Positions 9,416-20,577 are shown, numbered from the stretch's first letter. The stretch is 64,000 nt of DNA from Clostridiales bacterium (GCA_040766505.1 JAXGQJ010000010.1:268-64267); one strand, 5' to 3'. Notes: generated by a model not told the origin, from the letters alone. Numbers and translations are program-made.

Positions 9416-11323
9416 ATGCAGTATCAAGTGCGCTTTCCCGACGGCGGCAGCCGGGAATTTCAAGAACCAAAGACGATCCTTGAGATCGCCGGGGAAATCA
9501 GCCAAGGCCTGGCGAAGAACGCCATCGCGGCGGAATGGAACGGCAAAGCCGTCGACCTTTTCACTCGGGTGGAAGCCGACGGTGAGCTAAAAATACTGAC
9601 CTTCGCCGATCCGAAAGGACGGGATGTGTTCCGGCACAGCAGTTCACACCTGATGGCGGAAGCGGTGCAAAATTTGTTTCCCGGTGTAAAATTCGGCATC
9701 GGCCCCGCCATTGAAGACGGTTTTTATTATGATTTCGACAGCGAACATGTGTTCACCCCGGAAGATTTAAACGCCATCGAAAAAGAAATGGCCCGCCTGG
9801 CGGCGGAAAAAAAGCGTTATGAGCGGTCGGTCGTCTCCAGAGACGAAGCCATCGAGCTTTTTACCTCATTGGGCGAAACCTATAAGGTGGAAATCATTCA
9901 AGGCCTGCCTAAGGACGCGGAAATCAGCCTCTATCGCCAGGGGGGCTTCACCGATCTTTGCGCCGGGCCCCATGTGCCCTCCACCGACCGGATCAAAGCC
10001 TTTAAACTCACCTCCATCGCCGGCGCCTATTGGCGGGGCAATGAGAAAAATAAGATGCTGCAAAGGATCTATGGCGTTTCATTCCCCAAAAAATCCCAGC
10101 TTGAGGAATACATTCATCTACAGGAGGAAGCGAAAAAGCGGGACCACCGCAAACTGGGCCAGGAATTGGGGCTATTTGCCATGATGGAGGAGGGGCCGGG
10201 CTTTCCCTTTTTTCTGCCTAAGGGGATGGTTCTCCGCAATCAATTGGAAGAATACTGGCGGCGGCTCCACGCGGCCTGGGGATACCAGGAGATTCGGACG
10301 CCGATCATTCTCAACCGGGCCTTGTGGGAGCAATCCGGGCATTGGCAGCACTATCAGGAAAATATGTATTTCACTAAGATCGACGATATGGATTTTGCCG
10401 TTAAGCCGATGAATTGCCCCGGCGCGATTCTCGTCTACAAGCATGACCTCCACAGTTACCGGGATTTGCCGATCCGCATCGCCGAGATGGGGCTGGTTCA
10501 CCGGCATGAGAAAAGCGGTGTTCTGCACGGCCTGATGCGGGTGCGCTGCTTCACCCAGGACGACGCCCATATCTTCATGTTGCCGGGCCAAATCAAAGAG
10601 GAGATCAAGGGTGTGATCCGCCTCATCGATGAAGTATACCGGCTTTTCGGCTTTTCCTATCATCTCGAATTGTCCACCCGGCCGGAAAAGGCCATGGGCA
10701 GCGTTGAAATTTGGGAAACCGCCACCAATGCTCTCAAGGAAGCATTGGAGGAAGAGGGCCTCAACTATCAAATCAATGAAGGCGACGGCGCTTTTTACGG
10801 CCCTAAGATCGATTTTCATCTGAAGGATTGTCTCGGCCGCACCTGGCAATGCGGTACGATCCAACTGGATTTCCAGATGCCGGAAAAGTTCGACATTCAC
10901 CATGTCGGCGAGGATGGCAATCGCCATCGCCCCGTCATGATCCACCGGGTCGCTTTCGGCAGCGTTGAACCGTTCATCGGCATTTTGATCGAACACAATG
11001 CCGGCGCCATTCCCGTTTGGCAGGCACCGGTGCAAGTCCGTTTATTGGGCATCAGCTATAAGCATTTGCCCTATTTGGATGCGGTGGAAGAGAAAATGAA
11101 AGCGGCGGGCATCCGGGTGGAAGTGGATCGGCGCAATGAGAAGATCGGTTATAAAATCCGGGAAGGCCAAACGATGAAAATTCCCTACTGCCTCGTGGCG
11201 GGAGATAAGGAGATGGAAGAGGGGACGCTCTCCGTTCGCCGCCATGGCCAGGGCGACCAGGGGGCCAAACCGGTGGAGGCCATCGTCGCCGCGATCCGGG
11301 AAGAAATCGCAACGAAGGCCTAA
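9416..11323 (+). CDS. thrS: Threonine--tRNA ligase
   Basis: 635-aa intact ORF with TGS, editing and class II core segments (HSSSHLMAEAV, FHRHEKSGVLHGLMRVRCFTQDDAHIF). Confidence 0.97.
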   Translation: MQYQVRFPDGGSREFQEPKTILEIAGEISQGLAKNAIAAEWNGKAVDLFTRVEADGELKILTFADPKGRDVFRHSSSHLMAEAVQNLFPGVKFGIGPAIEDGFYYDFDSEHVFTPEDLNAIEKEMARLAAEKKRYERSVVSRDEAIELFTSLGETYKVEIIQGLPKDAEISLYRQGGFTDLCAGPHVPSTDRIKAFKLTSIAGAYWRGNEKNKMLQRIYGVSFPKKSQLEEYIHLQEEAKKRDHRKLGQELGLFAMMEEGPGFPFFLPKGMVLRNQLEEYWRRLHAAWGYQEIRTPIILNRALWEQSGHWQHYQENMYFTKIDDMDFAVKPMNCPGAILVYKHDLHSYRDLPIRIAEMGLVHRHEKSGVLHGLMRVRCFTQDDAHIFMLPGQIKEEIKGVIRLIDEVYRLFGFSYHLELSTRPEKAMGSVEIWETATNALKEALEEEGLNYQINEGDGAFYGPKIDFHLKDCLGRTWQCGTIQLDFQMPEKFDIHHVGEDGNRHRPVMIHRVAFGSVEPFIGILIEHNAGAIPVWQAPVQVRLLGISYKHLPYLDAVEEKMKAAGIRVEVDRRNEKIGYKIREGQTMKIPYCLVAGDKEMEEGTLSVRRHGQGDQGAKPVEAIVAAIREEIATKA

Positions 11324-11373
11324 AGAAGATCCGGCGCGGATCGAACCGCCGCCGGCCGGATATATCCCAAAAA

Positions 11374-11424
11374 GCCCCTCCTGAGGCCGGCCTTTGTCGC
11401 CAACTTCAGGAGGGGCCTTGTTTG
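11374..11424. terminator. Hairpin terminator between convergent thrS and the SLH protein gene
   Basis: gcccctcctga (11374-11384) pairs with tcaggaggggc (11406-11416), followed by cttgtttg. Confidence 0.6.
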
Positions 11425-11468
11425 CGGCGGAATCGCCGTTTCGCGCCCCGGGTCTCCGGGCGCATTCT

Positions 11469-13195
11469 TTATTCCGCTTCTTTTATCGCTTCCATATCTT
11501 CCGGGTTAGGGGGGTTCGGTTCGGCGGCCTTCATGGTTTCGCTTGCCGCCTCGCCGCCGCCTTCCGGTTTTGTTTGTTCCTGAACTTCCCCTTTTCTGAT
11601 CTCTAGAAAGATGGAAACGATTTTGCTGGCTTCCGCTCGGGTGGCATTGCCCGTCGGGTCAAATCTGCCGCCGCCTTTTCCGGCGAGAATCTTCGCCTGC
11701 TGCATGGTGGAAACCGCTTCCTTTGCCCAGGAGGCGATGCGGTTTTCATCCTGAAAGACGATGGGGGCTTCGGCTTTTGGGAAAGCGACGCCGTAAACCT
11801 TGGCAAAACGCGTCATCATAACCGCCATTTCCTGGCGGGTGATGTTTTGTTTCGGGCCGAAAGAGGCCGCGCTCTTTCCGTTTACCACGCCTTTTTGATA
11901 GGCCCAGTTGATATAGGGACGGTACCAAGCGTCTCCCACATCTTGGAAATGGCTGGCGCCATGGTAGGAATCGAGATCGTCGCCGGAGGCCAGAGCAAGG
12001 ATTTTGGCGAACTCGGCCCGGGTGATTTTCCCGGTGGGGTCAAAAATCGTTTCGGTTTTGCCATTGATGAGGCCGGCGGTTTTTAAATCGGCGACAAAAG
12101 AAGCATACCAGGTGCCGCCGGGAATATCGTAAAACCCGGCGACGCTCTCACCTTTTGCCAGATCAGAATCGGATAACCGCCATTGATCCGGGCGACGTCG
12201 CAGCGAAAAACATTGCCGTTTCGATTGGCGGCGAGGATGAGCGAGCCATCCTGCCAAGCGCCGGCGCCCGCAACCGTGGCGACAGCCCCTTTGCCGGGAA
12301 GGCCAAAGGCGTTTTGGTGCGTACCCTGTACCAACCAGGCGTTCGCGACGGAGCCGGCATTCTGCCCGGCGATGCCGCCGCTATCCTTCACGCCGGAGAC
12401 GGCCCCGGCATTGTAGGCATTTTCCAGAATGCCGCCATTGTAACCGGCGATGCCGCCATTTCTTTGTCCATTGGAGTTGACGGCGCCGACATTGTAGACA
12501 TTCTGCAATAACGGCCCGCGATTGTCCGCTGAAAAGGTGGCGCTGTAACCGGTGATGCCGCCGCTAAAATCCGCTTCATTAGGGCCGGTGCTGCGGGCAT
12601 GGATGACGCCTTGGTTGGCGCATTCCCGAATCGTGCCTCCCTCATTGCTGCCGGCAATGCCGCCGACAAAGGTGATTCCGGAAACCGAGCGCCTGGTTAA
12701 CGCATTTTTCGATGTGGCCATAATTGCTGCCGGCGATGCCGCCGAGATAATGGAACCGGTGACGGCGCCGGCCACCGTCAGATTTTTAACGACGCCGCCT
12801 TGGCCGATAACGCCGAAAAGACCGGCATCGCCTTCCCCGGAAGCGACGGAAAGACCGCGAATGGTGAAACCGCCGCCGTCGAAAGTGCCGGTATAGGCAT
12901 GGCCATTGATGGAGATGCCGCTGCCGCTGCCGCTGACGGTAACGGCGCCGATCGGCGTCCAGCTTTGATTTGCGAGGTCAATGTCGTCGGTTAAGATTGC
13001 CCAGGCGTCGGCCTGTCCCGCATTGACATAGGCGGCAAATTGGGAAAGCGCCTGCTGGTTGTCGATGGGGAACGGATGGTTTGGCATTCCCAAATTGTCG
13101 TCGGCGCGGCCTTTGGCATTGCCGATAAAAACAGCGGCGACGACGCAGGACAGCAGCAATAGCAAGCCAAAAACGAAGGTTTTCTTTTTCCTCAT
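11469..13195 (-). pseudogene. S-layer-homology (3x SLH) anchored surface protein with GLUG-motif repeats; one phase shift near 12150
   Basis: ORF 12083-13195 has a signal peptide and the repeats GLFGVIGQGG, GGIAGSN and GGIAGYN. ORF 11469-12257 carries three SLH units (FYDIPGGTWYASFV, FQDVGDAWYRPYINWAY, FQDENRIASWAKEAV). The two ORFs overlap in different phases, and the switch is at ctggcaaaagg. Confidence 0.85.
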
Positions 13196-13594
13196 ACCTG
13201 TTTTCCCTTTCCGTTATCGTTTATAGCGCAAATGATTTTTGAAGATGCCGTTTCGTTTTGCCGCCGCGGATAAAAAACAGGGCATCGTTTTTAGAATACC
13301 ATCAAATGGCAAAAAAATCCAGCGCCGGAAAATAAAACGGCCATGCTTTATTTAGCAAATCGCTTCTGAGATGAAAATTTAGGTATCAAAATGCCCAAAG
13401 AAATTGTGGTAAAGATTCGAATATGATACAATTAAGCTATAAAAGAGTAAAACCGGCGAACCAAAGATTCATTCTGAAACAGTGGCAGGCCGTAGATTGA
13501 TCTACAGGCCCCGGTGATTGCATATGTTTATATTTTTTTTACTGAACGACGATAGTAAATCCACTTTTTTCTCTCTTATTATATAGAGAATAAA

Positions 13595-14083
13595 AAACTT
13601 CTATATTCCGTCGCGATGCAAATTCGCATGATCCGTATTTGGCGGAAGACGCGATTCAGGAAGTGTTTTTAAATTTAAGCAAATATGGCCACACCTTTGA
13701 AAAGATAGCCCACGAAAAACGCAGAAACTATCTTGTAACCATGGTGCGCAATCAATGTTTTCTGATGTTAAAAGAGGAATCCAATTGGCATCCGGCTTCG
13801 GAACCGGATGTCGACATGGATTTTGAGGGGTATTTTGACGTGGAATCGTTGCTTTTGGCCAAGGAAACCACCCAAATCCTCGTTCGTTCCCTGGAAAACT
13901 CTCCGACGCGCACCAGGAAATCATCATCTTGCGTTATTACTATGATAAAAACGGGAAGGAGATGGGGGCCTCGGGATCAGCGTTTCTGCCGTTTGGATGC
14001 GTTTACATCGGGCGATGGAGAATTTTGCCAAAATCGTCCGTGAGGAGTTGAGCAAAGATGAAATTGCCGAAACAGCAGAATAA
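13595..14083 (+). pseudogene. ECF-type sigma-70 family factor, 5'-truncated and with at least 3 phase shifts
   Basis: Region 2 reads LLYSVAMQI / HDPYLAEDAIQEVFLNLSKY across two phases. Region 4 reads LSDAHQEIIILRYYYDKNGKEMGA / ISVSAVWMRLHRAMENFAKIVREEL in two further phases. The stop TAA overlaps the next ATG (TAATG). No start codon is recoverable upstream (TAA at 13592). Confidence 0.7.
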
Positions 14084-14985
14084 TGAAGCGAATTTTGCCG
14101 GCGCTTTTATCGATGCCTATCCGCATCGTCGCGGAACGCCGCATTGCTCTCTATGCCGATGAAATGGAACTGGCCCGGATCGCCGTTCCCGAAACGCTGG
14201 ATCGTAAAATTGAGACCTTGGAGGAAGCTTGGCAAGTCAAAAATAGGCGGGAAGAAAGAAGCCAACGCCGCCGCGGCTTCGCGAAGGTGGCGGCCATTGT
14301 GATCCTGTCGGCGCTGGCCTTGCATTTCGTCCTTTACTACCATGTGGAAGCCTACCGAATACCGGTGCAGCGGTTTTTCCTTAGGCTGGTACAGGATGGC
14401 GATTTTGGCGTCATCGACTTCATTGACGGCGACAGCCAGATCCAAGATCGGGGCGAAGCGGGCGATTTCCCCGAAACCGGGGAAGCGTGGCCCTCGGAAA
14501 GGTGGTATCCGGATCCCGATGCTCTGTTCACCGTCGACGAAAAAGGAAATATTTCTTATGAGCGGGATCCGCAAAAGCTCCAGCGGATTTACGGTGCTTT
14601 CCCTTATGACACCGCAGTTCCGGCGGGCTTTCGGATCGATTTCATTCCAAGTTTGTCCGCGGCGGAAGGCGAAATATGCTGGATAAACGACGATGGCGAT
14701 GCGATTAGCTTCGCTTATTATCAAAAGGAACATGACGGCGCCTGGGATCAAAATGTGTTTACCGGCCAGATGAAGATCGATACGGAAAATGCCGATCTGG
14801 ACGAGATTGTGGTACGCGGCCATTATGCCCTGATGACAACGCGAAATTTGAAAGGCAGGGTTCACCACAATATTGTCTGGGAGGAGGAGCATTGCCTGTA
14901 TTGCGTCTATTCATATTATGCCGAAACCGCCAAAGGGATGCGGGAAGAAATCTTAAAAATGTTGCAAAATCTAAAAGAAAAATAG
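14083..14985 (+). CDS. Putative anti-sigma factor / DUF4367-like membrane protein
   Basis: Coupled to the sigma gene by TAATG. It has one TM segment (FAKVAAIVILSALALHFVLYY) and an extracytoplasmic C-terminal domain. The true N-terminus may start at the ATG at 14058 in another phase. The family assignment is from memory. Confidence 0.5.
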   Translation: MKRILPALLSMPIRIVAERRIALYADEMELARIAVPETLDRKIETLEEAWQVKNRREERSQRRRGFAKVAAIVILSALALHFVLYYHVEAYRIPVQRFFLRLVQDGDFGVIDFIDGDSQIQDRGEAGDFPETGEAWPSERWYPDPDALFTVDEKGNISYERDPQKLQRIYGAFPYDTAVPAGFRIDFIPSLSAAEGEICWINDDGDAISFAYYQKEHDGAWDQNVFTGQMKIDTENADLDEIVVRGHYALMTTRNLKGRVHHNIVWEEEHCLYCVYSYYAETAKGMREEILKMLQNLKEK

Positions 14986-15006
14986 AATGTTGAGAGCGGA
15001 CTTTGT

Positions 15007-15048
15007 ATAGCAGGCGATTGATTAAGTCGAAACCTGCCATTTTTTTTC
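15007..15048 (+). terminator. Weak hairpin plus T-run after the anti-sigma gene
   Basis: gcagg (15010-15014) pairs with cctgc (15033-15037), followed by cattttttttc. Confidence 0.35.
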
Positions 15049-15119
15049 TGTTTTCCGTTAGTAAATGCGATTAAATTCACTCTTAATATATGAGGAATCC
15101 AATGAAAGGAAGGAAGCAT

Positions 15120-15584
15120 ATGAAAAGGTACTCTACATTTCTTTTGGTTCTTGCCATTCTGCTCTGTTTCTCCCTCCCCGGCTTCGCGAACACCGGAGAG
15201 ATTGGGGAAGTTGGAGAAACCGGGGCGGGCATCGGCGAAGGCGGATCCGGCATAACCCCCATGGCCCTGGTATTGGGAAATTGCACCATAACCCGTAGCA
15301 TATCCGGCAGCAGCATCACCATCAATGCGACGACAAGAACATTGACTGGGGCAACCAAATCTTATGCCCGCGCCGAATTGCAAAGAAGGGCGATTGGCAC
15401 TTCCACCTGGGCCCTCTGGAAAGAAGCGCCGACAAACTGCAACACCTCCGGCGGAACGGTTTCTTCCAGCGGCACCTGGACTATGGTTTCCGGCTATGAA
15501 TACCGGGGCCGGGGCGTCCACACGGCATATTCCGGCTCAACCAAAGAGACGACCTATACTTATACAGCGGCTTATAGCTACTGA
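15120..15584 (+). CDS. Small secreted hypothetical protein
   Basis: ATG after aaaggaagg. Signal peptide MKRYSTFLLVLAILLCFSLPGFA, a Gly/Glu-rich linker GEIGEVGETGAGIGEGGSG, then a Ser/Thr-rich domain. I recognise no family. Confidence 0.5.
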   Translation: MKRYSTFLLVLAILLCFSLPGFANTGEIGEVGETGAGIGEGGSGITPMALVLGNCTITRSISGSSITINATTRTLTGATKSYARAELQRRAIGTSTWALWKEAPTNCNTSGGTVSSSGTWTMVSGYEYRGRGVHTAYSGSTKETTYTYTAAYSY

Positions 15585-16354
15585 GAAACGGTTTGGCCGT
15601 CAACCGAAAAATTACCTGTATCGGGTAAGGGCTGATGAAAGGGATATGGCAAAGAAGCGCCGACGGCCTAGGCTCTCCGCCCCTTTTCATCAGTGCTTAC
15701 CAAAGATTGTCCGATCTCTTCCGGGTTCATGTGGCGGCATTCAGGCTTTCTTTCGCACCGGCTGCGGCAAAGTTTACCAGGCCACGCCATTTCCTGCAAT
15801 GCTTCCTTTATCTTTTCGGCAAATGGTTCCAATAGGAAAACGGCAAACATCGCGGTTGATTTGTAGCAACGGATTTCCAGCAATACGGTGAAAAATCGGC
15901 AGATGAGCGATTGTACAAAAAAATGAATCGGCGTTGGGTGAAATACCAGTGAATCCGGCAAAATAGGCAGACTGTTTTCAGCAAGCGAAACATGGGTTCG
16001 GGAGAGACATTTTGCGGGGCGCTTCTCTAGGAATATTCATATTTCTTAAATACAAATATTTGTTGGTATGCTTGAACAGCATCTTACACTTGAGCCGCCG
16101 CAATGACAAAGCATCTCACTTCTTTTTTTCATCATCATGTTTATTTCACGATGAACCAGGAGCGCCCGTATAAACAGCGGCCTTCCCATCCGTCCGCCGG
16201 CGGATGGATGGAAAAGCCTCAATTCAGCCCTCCGAGGCGGCATCAGGTTGCAGACAAGATTCCTGTGCCGAAAAGCCCGATCATTTCTGTTATGGAAACG
16301 ATCGGGCCTTTTACAATCTTGCGGGTTTTGGCGCCCGGCGACGCCTATTCTACA

Positions 16355-17839
16355 TTAAATTTTCTTTTTTACGCCGAGTTCCGTTTCATATTCGTCGATG
16401 ATGCGGGCCATCTCGTCGGCGGCGCCGGCGGGCAAAGGCGCAACCTGGTGGGTTTTTAGAATATCAAGGGCCTTTTCATAGGCTTTCTCCGCGGTGGTTT
16501 TCGCTCCCGCCGCTTCCCAGGCGGTGCGGGTTTGGCGGTTGAAGATTTGTACCTGGGATTGTTCCTTCAAATGGGTGAAGGTATGTTCACGGGGTTAAAA
16601 ACTCGCCGCCGGGCCCGATTTCATGGATGATATCGAGGCCAAAGTTTCCGGCGTGATGTTGATCCCATTGATGATTTTTCGGATATATTTCATCGCTTCC
16701 CCATCCATGATGAGCTTGGCATAGTCGATGGTAAGGGCGCTTTCCAAGGCGCCGGCCCCATAGACGATATTGGCGCCGGCCATTGCCCCCAACAGGGCAT
16801 TGATGGCATATTCATAACCTGCTTGGGCATCGGGCAATTTGCTGTCGGAGAGGCCCGCCCCAATCCAACTGGGAAGATTATAGAATTGCGCCATTTTTGT
16901 GGTTGCGGCACTGATCATACCGAGCTCCGGTGCGCCGACGGCGCCGACCATCAGCTTCAAGTCCATGATCGTGCTGATGGAACAATAGGTGCAAAGGGTT
17001 CCCTTGCGGGTCAGTTGGGCCAGCATCAGGGCGGCCAGAACTTCCGCATTGTGGTTGGCGATGGTGCCGGGCAAGGTCGCGACGGAGGTGGCGCCGGCCA
17101 AGGCCATCGGAATGATGGCAATGCCCGCCCCCAGGTTGGCGGCGGACATAATGATCTCGCAGCAATCCTTGACCATTGTGAGTGGGCTGGTGGGGCAAAC
17201 GAAGATGTTTAAAAAGGGCCGCTCCCTAAATTTCTCCATGCCGCCGGAAACGGCGGCGGCCATTTCCACCATGCGCTTGCAGTTTTCCGCATTGACGGCG
17301 GCAATAAAAATGGCTTTTGAGGTATTGTGGATCATGGCTTCCAGGTTGTGCAGCGGTTGGGTGGCGGAGGGACAATCCTGGGAACAGCAGGGACGTTCCA
17401 TGACGACGATCTCATCGAGATAATCGCATACCTTGGTGATGCCGGCGACGTCTTTCTTTTGACTTTTTCTAATCTTTCCGGTCTCTAAGTCGATGATTTT
17501 TACGCACTCACCAAAGGTGCTGAAACCAACGGAATGGGCGCGGGCGGCAAAATCCTTATCTTTGCAGCGGCCAAAGAACACCGGAGATTTGGCGGCCCAA
17601 TCGATGCATTGTTCCACCAGGTAAGAGGGGAATTTGGCAATGGCATAGTCGTGATGGTAAACGACGGAGGCGCCGGCTTCCTCGAAAACTTTTGCGGCGG
17701 CCGTGCTCTCCACTTTAATGCCCGTAACCTTTAAAATCTCTAAAGTAGCGTTGTGAAGGGCTAAAATCTGATCCGGTGTTAAGATATTGGCGCCAAAACC
17801 GGAAAAGGCTGTCAGCCCCGTTGGGGTAACTCTTTTCAT
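16355..17839 (-). pseudogene. MttB-superfamily (trimethylamine methyltransferase-like) methyltransferase without a pyrrolysine codon; two phase shifts near the 3' end
   Basis: ORF 16595-17998 with internal start MKRVTPTG after agggag. The C-terminus continues as DIIHEIGPGGEFLT, then REHTFTHLKEQSQVQIFNRQTRTAWEAAGAKTTAEKAY (ORF 16355-16570), with phase changes near 16625 and 16590. There is no in-phase TAG. Confidence 0.8.
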
Positions 17840-18048
17840 TGGAAAGTCTCCCTTCTCATCAGAAATTAAACAATGAAGTGCGGTTATTATAGCATAAAAT
17901 TGTAAGAAAAGAAAGAAATTTCCAAATAAATTATCGCCAAATCCTCTGGGTGGATCCTTTGATAGAACAAAAATGTTTGAAAATATAATGATAGACAAAA
18001 AACCATTGTTTCTAGTATAATAGAAGCAGTTTTAGGGTGGAGATGGTT

Positions 18049-19574
18049 ATGTTTAAAAAAGTATTCAACCGCATGACCACGTTCGCGTTCCTGATTCTTT
18101 TGCAGGTCGGCTTTCTGCTGTTCGTTCTGATGCGCGTTTCCGCTTATGGGAACTTCATTTACGGCGCTTTGGAATTGCTTAGTATCTTGGTCGTGATCTG
18201 GATTATGGTAAAGAATATCAATCCTGTCTATAAACTGGCCTGGTGTGTCCTCATTTTGCTGGTTCCGCTTCCCGGTGGCATTCTTTACCTGCTCTGGGGC
18301 AATAAGCGGCTGCCGCGAAAAATTCGGGGCAAAGCGGCGATTTTCAGTGCCCGCTATTTAAAGGACGAGGTGCGGGATGCGCGGATGCTGGCGGCGGTTG
18401 CCGAAGAAAACGGGCAACTCGGCTCCATCGCCCGCTATTTGGACGAGGTGGCGGGCTATCCGATTTGGAGCCATACCGAAGCGGAGTACTATGCCGTTGG
18501 CGAGAACATGTACGGTCGCATGTTGGAGGAACTGAGAAAAGCCGAATCCTATATCTTCATGGAGTACTTTATCATTGAGGAAGGAATCATGTGGGATTCC
18601 ATCCTGGATATTTTGAAGGAAAAGGCGGCTTCCGGCGTCCGGGTGCTTTTGCTCTATGACGATGTGGGCTGCATCAAAACATTGCCGCCGAAATACGATG
18701 ATACGCTGCGGGCATATGGCCTTCGCGTCACCGTATTCAACCCGATGCGCCCCAGGGCCAATGCGATGATTAACTATCGCGACCACCGGAAGATCACCGT
18801 CATCGACGGCAAGGTCTGCTTTGTGGCGGCGCCAGCTTGACCGATGAATATATCAATGAAAAAGAGCGTTTCGGGCACTGGAAGGATACGGCGGCGCTGC
18901 TCCGCGGTGAAGGCGTGTGGAATTTGACTGAAACCTTCCTGCGGCTTTGGAATTTTGAGGTGGACGATGAAAGGGAACGGGAGGACATCTCCGCTTATCG
19001 CCATGATGTGGTGACCGCCGCCGCCAACGGCTATGTGCAGCCCTTTAGCGACAGCCCATTGGATAGGGAAAACGTGGCGGAAAACTTCTTTCTCAATGTA
19101 ATCAATAAGGCTTCGGATTATGTATATATTACGACGCCCTATCTCGTCATTGCCAATGAATTGCAAACGGCCCTTTGCCTGGCGGCGAAGAACGGCGTCG
19201 ATGTGCGCTTGATTACGCCGGGAATCCCCGACAAAAAAAATGTATATTATGTGACCCAATCCCATTACCTGCCTTTATTGGAAGCGGGGGTTAAAATTTA
19301 TGAATATACCCCCGGTTTCCTCCATGCCAAAATGGTTTTAAGCGACGACCAGGTCGGTTTGATCGGAACCGTCAATATGGACTATCGCAGCTTTTATTTC
19401 CATTATGAATGCGGGATCGCATTTTATAATGCGCCGATTTTACGGGACATCAAAGATGATTTTATCAAAACCATGGATGTTTCCCATGAGGTTACCGTTG
19501 CGGAGGCGAAGGCAACGCCCATATCGCGGCGCATATGGCGCACATTGCTGAAGGTGTTTTCCCCGATTATGTGA
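18049..19574 (+). pseudogene. cls: Cardiolipin synthase; one phase shift near 18830
   Basis: ORFs 18037-18840 and 18837-19574. Two HKD motifs (HRKITVIDG, LHAKMVLSDD). The junction gtggcggcg reads FVGGASLTDEY if one G is restored. Confidence 0.9.
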
Positions 19575-19619
19575 TCGGATTGGAAAAACGCTTTATGTCA
19601 AAGAAAGGGAGGTTATGCT

Positions 19620-20159
19620 ATGGCCATGGACAAATCAAACGGTAGAATCAACTATCCTTTAATCATGAACTTGATCTTTTTTATTTTCGGTTTGGTTCTC
19701 GTGGTTTCACCGCGCAGCGGCCTGACGAATCTTACGGTCATTCTTGCCATCTGCCTGTTTTGCCTGACCTTGGTTTTGGTCGGTATTTTCTTTGCCAACC
19801 GGCAAAAGAAGAACGAGCTTTTCTTGCTGATCGCCGCGGGATCTCTGATTCTCGGCATCTTGATGGTCTATTTCCGGGAGCCGATCGGCACGGTGATCCT
19901 GCCGATTATTGCCGGGGCCTGGATGCTGGTTTCGGCGGGAACCTCGGTTTACGCTGCCCTTCGCTATAGAAAGTTCAACGCCCCGCTCTGGTGGCTGCCC
20001 TTGGTGGCGGCCTTGGTCGCCATTGTGCTCGCCATCCTGATCTTCTTCAATCTGGGGGCGACTTCCGCGTTTCTTTCCATCCTCCTCGGCCTTTATTTCC
20101 TCGTCTACAATGCCATCCGGATTGGAGAATGGTTCACCATCAGGCGGCACATGAAATAA
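19620..20159 (+). CDS. Multi-pass membrane protein, DUF308/HdeD-like
   Basis: 179 aa with about 6 hydrophobic segments and an RBS agggagg. The family call is from memory only. Confidence 0.45.
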   Translation: MAMDKSNGRINYPLIMNLIFFIFGLVLVVSPRSGLTNLTVILAICLFCLTLVLVGIFFANRQKKNELFLLIAAGSLILGILMVYFREPIGTVILPIIAGAWMLVSAGTSVYAALRYRKFNAPLWWLPLVAALVAIVLAILIFFNLGATSAFLSILLGLYFLVYNAIRIGEWFTIRRHMK

Positions 20160-20461
20160 TTCCCGGCGGATCCGAGATGCGCGGGCCTTCCAATCGGCAG
20201 GCCATAAGGCCGCCGCCAAAGGGCCGCTGGCATTGTTGCTCGCAAAAGACCGGGCTATGCGCAGAACCCCATGGCGCGGGCCTGGCCTTTTGTTTGCGCC
20301 TGGCTCCGGATCGTTTTCGAAGCCTGTATCTTTCTGTTAGGCGGCCAAGCGTAGCGGAGGGGCCGCCTTCTGTCGCTCCTCTTTTTCTTTCCCTTTGTGC
20401 CGGCTTCAAGCAGGCTTCCCATAAATACCGGCGGCCGCCAAAACCGGCGTTTTGAAAAATG

Positions 20462-20489
20462 TTGACATTTGTATGTGTTGTGATAAAAT
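20462..20489 (+). promoter_or_regulatory. Near-consensus sigma-A promoter with an extended -10, upstream of speH
   Basis: TTGACA (20462-20467), 16-nt spacer, tgaTAAAAT (20481-20489). Confidence 0.55.
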
Positions 20490-20577
20490 ATAACTTGCAG
20501 TTTTCCTGTAGGTAGCGGTGCTTACCTGGAGGGAATGAAAATTTCATAATGGGAAGGGGGTCGCTTGATTGGAAGCA

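Noticed and set aside
13440-13530. A hairpin-rich segment (accggcgaacc … ggccgtagattgatctacaggcc … ccccggtg) that looks riboswitch-like (I considered ZTP/pfl).
   Set aside because: It lacks the conserved ACUGGCG / CCGCCUGGGCA cores as I recall them. It lies in front of a sigma-factor remnant, which is not a plausible riboswitch target.
16355-17839. A possible pyrrolysine (in-frame UAG) codon in the MttB-family gene.
   Set aside because: The reading phase from 17839 to 16595 contains no TAG. The breaks near the 3' end are phase shifts with a TAA stop. No pyl genes are in the window.
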